Positions 19,184 through 26,070 of a DNA stretch of 64,000 nt are shown piece by piece. Numbering within the stretch: position 1 is the first letter of the stretch; each line of letters begins with the position of its first letter. The stretch comes from Chitinophagales bacterium (GTDB lineage: Bacteria; Bacteroidota; Bacteroidia; Chitinophagales; LD1): positions 259,547 through 323,546 of the forward strand of contig JBGAHI010000006.1 of NCBI GenBank assembly GCA_044226285.1, read 5' to 3'. The notes below the pieces were generated by a model. The model did not search any database. It was not told where the DNA came from and was given only the letters and a program-made list of their open reading frames with translations. A program made the translations under genes and the position numbers.

Positions 19184-19855
19184 TTAGGCTAAACGCCAAT
19201 TTATTGGGGCTATATTTTTTGATTCGAGGTATTTGTTGGCTTTCGAAAAGTGCTTGCAGCCAAAAAACGCACCACCGGCCAATGGCGAAGGATGGGCAGC
19301 TCTTAGAATCAGATGCTTCTGCGTATCAATCAACACCTCTTTCTGTTGCGCAAATTTGCCCCACAACATAAACACAACATGTTCTCGATCGCGCGAAATG
19401 GCTTTGATCACCGCATTGGTGAACACCTCCCACCCTGCATTTTTGTGCGAAGCCGGTTCACCTTCATTCACCGTTAAAAAAGCGTTGAGCAAAAACACAC
19501 CTTGTTTCGTCCATGCCTCCAAATTACCGTGGTTCGGGGCTTTTAAGCCTAAGTCGCTATCCAATTCTTTGTAAATATTTTTGAGCGAAGGCGGAGCAGT
19601 AATGCCGAAAGGCACAGAGAAACTCAGTCCGTGCGCTTGTCCCTTGCCATGGTAGGGATCCTGACCCAAAATCACCACTTTCACCTCTTGAAATGGCGTT
19701 AAATTAAACGCATTGAAAATAAGCGGACCCGGAGGAAAAACAGTTTTCCCTTTGGCTTTTTCGGCAACAATAAATTCCTTTATTTTCCCGAAATACGGTT
19801 TCTCGAACTCGCTGTGGAGTTCCCTTTTCCAGCTTTCTTCAATGGCTACAGACAT
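19184..19855 (-). CDS. ung: Uracil-DNA glycosylase
   Basis: VVILGQDPYHGKGQAHGLSFSV and HPSPL motifs. Confidence 0.95.
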   Translation of the reverse strand: MSVAIEESWKRELHSEFEKPYFGKIKEFIVAEKAKGKTVFPPGPLIFNAFNLTPFQEVKVVILGQDPYHGKGQAHGLSFSVPFGITAPPSLKNIYKELDSDLGLKAPNHGNLEAWTKQGVFLLNAFLTVNEGEPASHKNAGWEVFTNAVIKAISRDREHVVFMLWGKFAQQKEVLIDTQKHLILRAAHPSPLAGGAFFGCKHFSKANKYLESKNIAPINWRLA

Positions 19856-19939
19856 ACAATTACTTGAGCAGTTACACAGCCAAAATAGAAAAATGAAATT
19901 ACAGCGGTTTAAAAAGCTATGAAAAAATGTAAAGAATTA

Positions 19940-19947
19940 TATATTTG
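19940..19947 (+). promoter_or_regulatory. Bacteroidota-type -7 box (TAnnTTTG)
   Basis: tatatttg lies 14 nt upstream of the tRNA-Arg 5' end. Confidence 0.45.
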
Positions 19948-19960
19948 CGCTCCGTAAAAC

Positions 19961-20037
19961 GGTCCCGTAGCTCAGCTGGATAGAGCAACAGATTTCTAAT
20001 CTGTGGGTCACAGGTTCGAATCCTGTCGGGATCACCA
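19961..20037 (+). tRNA. tRNA-Arg (anticodon TCT), CCA encoded
   Basis: GGTCCCGTAGCTCAGCTGGATAGAGC...TTTCTAA...GGTTCGAATCCTGTCGGGATCACCA. Cloverleaf with anticodon loop TTTCTAA. Confidence 0.9.
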
Positions 20038-20040
20038 CTA

Positions 20041-20068
20041 AAAGCTGTCAGATTTGACGGCTTTTTTT
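20041..20068 (+). terminator. Rho-independent terminator after tRNA-Arg
   Basis: aaagctgtca / tgacggcttt stem (one G-T pair) followed by a T run. Confidence 0.7.
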
Positions 20069-20103
20069 GTGCCTAAAAGACAACAATACGTTTCAATAAT
20101 TGT

Positions 20104-20209
20104 GGGCGTTCCCTCCGTTGCACTCCGGTCAGGCTGCTACAGGGTGCGTTGCGCTCCCGTGCTCCACTGCGTTCTGCACCAAGCCTTTCGCATCCTTAAC
20201 GCGTGCATT
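20104..20209 (+). repeat. GC-rich 106-nt structured element, copy A
   Basis: 98 of 106 positions are identical, without gaps, to 61337-61442 (hand alignment). Shares its termini with the inverted element at 22425-22526. Confidence 0.85.
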
Positions 20210-20570
20210 TCGGTAAAAAGAAAAATTGCAGCAATAATTTTATCTTAGCACAAGAACCCAAACCTAAGACCAGCCCTGCATTCTTGCGCTAGTAGTGAAA
20301 ATCTATTCCATTAATTTGAACTACACATACTTTAAAAAAAAATCACTAAATTGCTTTAACTACAAAAGAAAAACATACCATTAAAAAAAGTTTATGAGTG
20401 ATAACAAATCGAAGTTGGAAATTAAAGAGTCTAAACTAACTAACAACAAAGCCGATGATAGCCCAAAAGAAATGGCTAAGAAAAAAGATCGCATTAGATC
20501 TGTTCCGCACACAGAGTTATCTATTGATGCCAATCTTGGGAAAAACAGGAAGTGATTAATATATAAGTAC

Positions 20571-20594
20571 TGGTTGGTGGCGGAACACCAACCA
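20571..20594 (-). repeat. REP-like perfect hairpin (tggttggtg-gcggaa-caccaacca)
   Basis: 9-bp perfect stem. The loop is the reverse complement of the loop in the copies at 21407 and 63960. Confidence 0.8.
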
Positions 20595-20610
20595 GAGGAG
20601 AAAATGTGTT

Positions 20611-21357
20611 ATGAAAATAATGGATTTAATACAGTCAGAAATTTGTTACTTTAGGTTTGAAATAGGTGACATACCTTTTAAAGAAGCGGGCATCAATTTT
20701 GAATACCAATATGCCTATGCACGTTTTGTAAATAATTGCTATATACATGATATGCAAGAGTCTTACTTTTTATGTGGCATATATAACTATTTTAGTAATG
20801 AGCCAATAAAAGACCCTAATCTTTTTAAGTATAAGGAATTCATCATACCACAGCATTTATGTACTCTGCCTAAAATGAGAGGCGAGAATAATTGGACATT
20901 TATTGGCTCCGAACCCATTCCAATAAATATTGAACTGCCTCAATTAACAGGAGCATCATATCACACTGATGAAGAGGCAATAAAAGAATACTTTACAAAC
21001 GGTTTATATGTGGCGACCTTTGTTAATAGGATTAACTTAGCAAAAACAGAAAAAACCAAATATAGGTACATCAAACATTTAGAAGGCAATGAAGTATTAG
21101 GTGCTTATACAAGGCGTACCGATTTGTTTGTTGAGTTATTAAAGACAATAGGCGTAAAATTTAGTGATGATGAATTGTTCGAAAAGATGAAGATTTACCA
21201 CCAAAAAAACTGGATTAAACTAAATGAACAGGAAATACAATCAGAATTTCGACATTTTAAACGTCTTTACAAAAGACCCCGCTTTCTAGACATACCGAAA
21301 TTGTATCGAGAAAGAGCAATACCTGAGAATGTGAGAAATGCTTATCCTGATTTTTGA
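20611..21357 (+). CDS. Orphan hypothetical protein, 248 aa
   Basis: Clean ORF with gaggag 10 nt upstream of the ATG. No catalytic motif recognised. The N-terminal half loosely recalls Imm26-type immunity proteins (a guess). Confidence 0.5.
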   Translation: MKIMDLIQSEICYFRFEIGDIPFKEAGINFEYQYAYARFVNNCYIHDMQESYFLCGIYNYFSNEPIKDPNLFKYKEFIIPQHLCTLPKMRGENNWTFIGSEPIPINIELPQLTGASYHTDEEAIKEYFTNGLYVATFVNRINLAKTEKTKYRYIKHLEGNEVLGAYTRRTDLFVELLKTIGVKFSDDELFEKMKIYHQKNWIKLNEQEIQSEFRHFKRLYKRPRFLDIPKLYRERAIPENVRNAYPDF

Positions 21358-21406
21358 ATCTCAACCTGGTCAAGAATGCAGGAAGGCCACTGTCCGTATT
21401 TCCCCC

Positions 21407-21434
21407 TTTGGTTGGTGTTCCGCCACCAACCAAA
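21407..21434 (+). repeat. REP-like perfect hairpin (tttggttggtg-ttccgc-caccaaccaaa)
   Basis: 11-bp perfect stem. The same 28 nt plus flanks recurs at 63960-63987. Confidence 0.85.
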
Positions 21435-21435
21435 C

Positions 21436-21570
21436 CTAATCCATATAATGTTTGATGAATCCATATCGCTTATTATTCAACAAATAAAAGGATGCAGAAC
21501 TCCAAATATATTCTTCCGGTAAATCTACCAATTTCCATTTTTCTTGAACAGGATTATTGTGTATGTATTC
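21436..21570 (-). pseudogene. C-terminal stump of a RayT / IS200-like Y1 transposase
   Basis: Hand translation gives GGEYIHNNPVQEKWKLVDLPEEYIWSSASFYLLNNKRYGFIKHYMD*. The YIHxNPV...PE.Y.WSS..Y motif is the RayT-type C-terminus. No HUH-containing N-terminal part is present. Confidence 0.65.
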
Positions 21571-21703
21571 CCCCCCATCTGGCGCAAGAATGCAGCAAGG
21601 CGCTTTGCGTAGAGTTCTTGTGCCACTAATGTAATAATCATTCTATTAATATTATCTCAATACATCCTTTCTTACCGCAATAATCTGGACTGTCAGTGAG
21701 CAT

Positions 21704-22066
21704 CTAACTTTTCTTTTGCTGAAGTTCAAATACCAAACGTTCAATATCTTCTTTCGATATAGTTGACACTTCGGATTTATCGTAAATAGAAAGAAGGGTT
21801 AGGGTATTATTTTCAACAATGCCAATAATTTCAGTTTCTAAATGAGATATAATTCGCGCTCCTCCACTCTTTCCTTTTCCTTTACTCTTAACAGCTAAAC
21901 GGATTTTGAAAGTGTTATTGCCAAGCGGTGTGCCTGTTTTAGGGTCGGAAAGCAGCGTTTCTGAAAGTTTAGTGAGGTCGGTTTTCAGCGATGGGTATTT
22001 TTTGAGCAATCGCTTAAATTCCTTTTCAAACGACTTGGTAAGTTGTATTAATACCCTAGGCTTCAT
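21704..22066 (-). CDS. RelE/ParE-superfamily toxin
   Basis: 120 aa with FKIRLAVKSKGKGKSGGARIISH...LLSIYDKSE, typical of this toxin family. Overlaps the upstream small gene by 11 nt. Confidence 0.7.
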   Translation of the reverse strand: MKPRVLIQLTKSFEKEFKRLLKKYPSLKTDLTKLSETLLSDPKTGTPLGNNTFKIRLAVKSKGKGKSGGARIISHLETEIIGIVENNTLTLLSIYDKSEVSTISKEDIERLVFELQQKKS

Positions 22067-22289
22067 TCAAAAATTCAGATAAGGTTTTCAATTTCTTACC
22101 GGTGCGTTTTGCTTCTTTTATTTCAAGCAATCCGTTTTTTACTGATTTAAGTACTTTTTGTTTTGCGTTGTCCTTTTTGTTCGTTTTCGCTTTGGGTTCA
22201 ACAATCATTTGGGCAATTCGTTTCCGCTCCTGCTTTGGCAAGGTTTGGATGTAGTCTATTAGTTTTGCTGTGGAATCTTCCCTAAACAT
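22056..22289 (-). CDS. Putative cognate antitoxin
   Basis: 77-aa Lys-rich ORF immediately upstream of, and overlapping, the toxin gene. Called by position only. Confidence 0.5.
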   Translation of the reverse strand: MFREDSTAKLIDYIQTLPKQERKRIAQMIVEPKAKTNKKDNAKQKVLKSVKNGLLEIKEAKRTGKKLKTLSEFLNEA

Positions 22290-22424
22290 AGCGTTGAATT
22301 AATTAAAGTAAAGATAATAAAACTACATTATTTTCAATTCGATATTCTTTTGCCAATTTTTTCCGTTTGGTTGGTGCTGACTACAGACAATTCGAAATAA
22401 ATAACCAAACAACCTATCGTGCAT

Positions 22425-22526
22425 AATGCCCGCGAGAGCGATGGAAGTGGAAATCCTTTTCCCGCTTTTTAGCGGGATAAAGATTGAAACGTACAGCGCG
22501 GTTCCGATTCCGAGAGGAACTCGCCC
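22425..22526 (-). repeat. GC-rich 102-nt structured element, divergent member C (inverted relative to A and B)
   Basis: Its reverse complement starts gggcgagttcc and ends ctcgcgggcatt, the same termini as A and B. The interior differs and contains the hairpins cccgct-tttt-agcggg and gcggttcc...ggaactcgc. Confidence 0.7.
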
Positions 22527-22718
22527 AATATCAACAAATTTTCACAAGCCAGCGCATGGATGCGTCACGTATTCTTGTCCTCAAAATGCACCATTACCAT
22601 TTTATAACTTATTTTTTGTATCTGTTTCTCTAAAAATTACGTATACACTATGATAAGTTAACAGGGCGAATGTTTTAAATTACCCGATTCATTGCTAATT
22701 TTGCCAAGTTTTGAAAAG

Positions 22719-24134
22719 ATGAACAGAGAAGTAATATCCATTAAGCGGAAAGCGCTACGTATCAATTTAGAAGGCTCTATCTATGGAACCTTTGCGGAAA
22801 TTGGTGCCGGACAAGAAGTGGCGCGTACGTTTTTTCAGGTGGGTGGCGCCTCGGGCACAGTGGCTAAAACAATGTCGGCTTACGATATGGCCTTTTCCGA
22901 TTCGATTTATGGTGAAGAAGAAAGTGGTCGTTACGTGAGTGAATCGCGCCTCAATAAAATGCTCACCCACGAATACGAATTATTGGGCGAGCGCTTGGTA
23001 GGTGATGAATATGAAGGCAAACGCTTTTTTGCTTATGCCAATACTTGCTCCATTTTAAATTATACTAAAACCAACGACCCGCACTGCTGGATGGGACTTC
23101 GGTTTCAGCTTACTCCGGGTGGCGGTTATAACGATGTGATTGTGCATATTCGTTTGAAAGACAACGATGCTTTGTTGCAACAACGGGTTATTGGTGGTGT
23201 TGGTGTGAATTTAATTTTTGCTTGTTTCTGGTATTCTAACGATATCAATGCTTTTATTGATTCGTTAATGGACAATTTAAGTGTAGATCAAATTGAGATT
23301 GATTTAGTGCGTATTAATGGCGAAAACTTTGATATTGATAATCGTTTAGTGGCTTTGAAACTGGTAAAGAAAGGCTACACGGATGCAACCATTTTCGGCA
23401 GCAAACGTGAAGTTTATCAACCGAAAGATTTCTTGTACAAGAAGAACGTGTTGTGTTTACGCAGTAGGTTCCGTCCATACACTTTGCTCAGCGAAGACAT
23501 GCAAAAAAGCGGGGAGTTAACGTTCCAACATCGTTTGGCGGATGATGAGCAGTTTATTTCGCTTTCAGAATTGACCCTCAACAATTTAATGGGCGATGAA
23601 GATCATGACCCAACCGACTTTTTGGATCGTGCCGAATTACTATGTCAATTAGGGCATACCGTATTAGTGTCCAATTGCGACAAACACGATAAATTGATTG
23701 ATTTCTTTACGCGTTGTAAAACCAAGAAAATTGGCATCATTGTAGGCGTTATGAACTTGATTGAGCTCTTCAAAAAAGAAAATTATTGCAGTGCTCCAAG
23801 TGAACTACTCTCCTATTTTGGCGGTATTTTCCGTGGTGAAACCGTAATGATTGCCTATCCATACTTCTCGAAATCTGAACAGAAAGTAGTGGATTCAACT
23901 ACCCTCCGCGTAGACGATAGTTTAAGCCATATCTACCATCATTTAATATCCAACAACCTCATAGTGGACTCTGAAAATTCCCACCCCGACTTATTGAACA
24001 TTTTCTCCGACAAGATTATCGCCTCTATTCAAGCCGGTGATGATACTTGGAAAGCGGCAGTACCTGAAAAGGTGGCTGAGCTTATATCGGAAAAACATTT
24101 ATTCGGGTATAAAAAGGAATTGATTGAACATTAA
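22719..24134 (+). CDS. Conserved-looking cytoplasmic protein of unrecognised family (471 aa)
   Basis: ATG at 22719 (the track ORF starts at a TTG at 22692). N-terminal IYGTFAEIGAGQEVARTFFQVGGASGTVAKTMSAYDMAFSDSIYG block. No TM segment or signal peptide. Confidence 0.7.
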   Translation: MNREVISIKRKALRINLEGSIYGTFAEIGAGQEVARTFFQVGGASGTVAKTMSAYDMAFSDSIYGEEESGRYVSESRLNKMLTHEYELLGERLVGDEYEGKRFFAYANTCSILNYTKTNDPHCWMGLRFQLTPGGGYNDVIVHIRLKDNDALLQQRVIGGVGVNLIFACFWYSNDINAFIDSLMDNLSVDQIEIDLVRINGENFDIDNRLVALKLVKKGYTDATIFGSKREVYQPKDFLYKKNVLCLRSRFRPYTLLSEDMQKSGELTFQHRLADDEQFISLSELTLNNLMGDEDHDPTDFLDRAELLCQLGHTVLVSNCDKHDKLIDFFTRCKTKKIGIIVGVMNLIELFKKENYCSAPSELLSYFGGIFRGETVMIAYPYFSKSEQKVVDSTTLRVDDSLSHIYHHLISNNLIVDSENSHPDLLNIFSDKIIASIQAGDDTWKAAVPEKVAELISEKHLFGYKKELIEH

Positions 24135-26061
24135 AGAAAGATATGAGTTTAATCCTGAACAAAACCTGTTATCTAAACGGGCTGGGGTGTCTACATACAT
24201 ATCACAAGATAAACTGTTACAACGTCCGATTTGCTTGCGTATTTTTCAGGTAGGAAAAGATGAAAGCGATATGCTCACAGAAGCCGCAAAAAAGGCCATT
24301 CTGTATTTTCATCCGAATTTATGTTCTTATTACGATACCCTGGAACAATCGAATACTGATGCCTTTGGTATTACCCACAACTCCATTGTAGTGGTCTCAG
24401 AATTTATTGAAGGAGGAGCACTTAAACAAAGTATGCCTTCGTTTGATACAAAAGAAGAACAATTAAAACTTTTGACCGGCATTTTAAAGGGGTTGCAATA
24501 CTTACACGAACATAATACATACCATTTAAACTTACATCCGGGCAATATTTTCGTAAAGAACAGCAATGATGAAAAGACGCCAAAGATTGCCGACTATTTG
24601 CCGTTGAATGTTAACGCGAAAAGTATTATTTCGCAATTCGATGCACAAAACACATGTTATAAGGCACCGGAATTGTTCAAGGAAACTACTGAAAGTGAAT
24701 TACTCAAGAAAGCTGATTTTTGGTCGTTTGGAGTTATCATGTACGAGTTAATTTCAGGCAAACCATTATTTTTCGATGCTTCGAAGCGCATGGAACAAAT
24801 CATCCAATGTATTGCGTTTGAGCGAATTGATTTTAATGTAATCAGCGATTTGCATCTTCGTTCAGTTTTGGAGAAAATCTTGCAACGAAATGCCAAACAT
24901 CGTCCTGAAAGTGCAGCAGAAATTATTGAATTACTACATAACCCATCTGTAGAAAACATAGCCGTTCAACAAGTAGTTCCTGTTAATAATGCGATATTGA
25001 TTCCGGTTATTGAAAAGCTTGACATCAAACCTATTGTACATCAAACTCAAGCTGAAACAGTTATTGATAAAGAAGAAAAGTCGGTGCTACTGGGTGCTCC
25101 TTTCATTGAAGAACCACAACAGGAAGTAGAGGTAGCGAAAACGGAACAATCATCGCTCACTCTTTTTTTCAAAAAGGCCTCGCTTCCAATTTTAGGCTCA
25201 CTTTTACTGATGATTTTTTCTTTAGCCTTATTTTTCAGTACTGATTCAACAAATAAAGAAGTTGCTACAAATGCTTTCGATAAAAATACCGAACAAGAAA
25301 AAATAGCATCATCGCTCTCAGACAGAGGGGATTCCCTTTCGCAAAAAACGGATTCAGCTACTGCTTTAAGTTTAAATACTATTGCTACGCCAACGTATAC
25401 AACTAAAATATCTCCATCTACTGTTTTAGGCGCTACTATTGTAAGACCTGAAACAACAGTAACTGCTGTGACGAATGTTGCTCCGCTAGTAACGGAATCG
25501 CTATACTTGCCGGCTATCGATATGGTGTATGAACAAGTTTATCCCATCGATTTAGGCAACAAGTATCATTCAGTAAATCCAGCCACTTTAGAATGTTTGT
25601 ACCAACGTGCGCAAATCAAAGAAATTGGGCGAAATTTGTTTTTAGTGAAACCGAGTGAAACCGGCCCCATTACGCTTGTATTCAAAGATAAACTCACCAA
25701 CGAAACTATCGACAGTAGAACATATAACGTTAGTACTAGACCCGATCCTAAGGCTTATGTTGGAAACGATTTAAGAAATACCAATGCGCCTAAAAATTTA
25801 ATTCTGGCAAAACAAGGACTCCAGTTATTATCGCCACAAGATCCATCCATCCGTATTACCAGTTTTAGAATGCGCATTGATAATGCAGATATTCCATTTG
25901 AAGCAACAAGTAATTCAAGTCTTTTCCAACAAGAAATGATGGATAAAATCAGAGATGCAAAACCCGGCCAAAAAATTGTTTTCGATCGTATTCGAGCTGC
26001 TGATTCCAAAGGAAGTACACTCAATGTGAACGAAATTTATGTAACCGTATCACCCTATTAA
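24124..26061 (+). CDS. Membrane-anchored Hanks-type Ser/Thr kinase-like protein, predicted pseudokinase
   Basis: Kinase subdomains are recognisable (YKAPELF, DFWSFGVIMYELISGKPLF, HRP), but the catalytic loop reads HLNLHPGN and there is no Gly-rich loop. One TM helix (LPILGSLLLMIFSLALFF) is followed by a ~270-aa C-terminal domain. Confidence 0.8.
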   Translation: MNIKERYEFNPEQNLLSKRAGVSTYISQDKLLQRPICLRIFQVGKDESDMLTEAAKKAILYFHPNLCSYYDTLEQSNTDAFGITHNSIVVVSEFIEGGALKQSMPSFDTKEEQLKLLTGILKGLQYLHEHNTYHLNLHPGNIFVKNSNDEKTPKIADYLPLNVNAKSIISQFDAQNTCYKAPELFKETTESELLKKADFWSFGVIMYELISGKPLFFDASKRMEQIIQCIAFERIDFNVISDLHLRSVLEKILQRNAKHRPESAAEIIELLHNPSVENIAVQQVVPVNNAILIPVIEKLDIKPIVHQTQAETVIDKEEKSVLLGAPFIEEPQQEVEVAKTEQSSLTLFFKKASLPILGSLLLMIFSLALFFSTDSTNKEVATNAFDKNTEQEKIASSLSDRGDSLSQKTDSATALSLNTIATPTYTTKISPSTVLGATIVRPETTVTAVTNVAPLVTESLYLPAIDMVYEQVYPIDLGNKYHSVNPATLECLYQRAQIKEIGRNLFLVKPSETGPITLVFKDKLTNETIDSRTYNVSTRPDPKAYVGNDLRNTNAPKNLILAKQGLQLLSPQDPSIRITSFRMRIDNADIPFEATSNSSLFQQEMMDKIRDAKPGQKIVFDRIRAADSKGSTLNVNEIYVTVSPY

Positions 26062-26070
26062 TTACATCCA

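Noticed and set aside
20054-20248. 64-aa ORF (MTAFFVPKRQ...VALRSGCYRVRCAPVLHC...) right after tRNA-Arg
   Set aside because: It runs through the terminator and GC-rich element A. The same element at 61337-61442 has substitutions that preserve helices rather than codons, so this is a repeat-induced artefact.
22457-22490. CRISPR-repeat-like sequence cttttcccgctttttagcgggataaagattgaaac (hairpin plus a terminal ATTGAAAC-type motif)
   Set aside because: There is only a single copy, with no spaced repeats and no cas genes in the window. It lies inside GC-rich element C, so it is better explained as part of that element.
22426-22653. 75-aa ORF (MPARAMEVEILFPLFSGIKIETYSAVPIPRGTRP...)
   Set aside because: It is generated by reading through GC-rich element C. 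It has no start context and an odd composition, and it continues into AT-rich promoter DNA.
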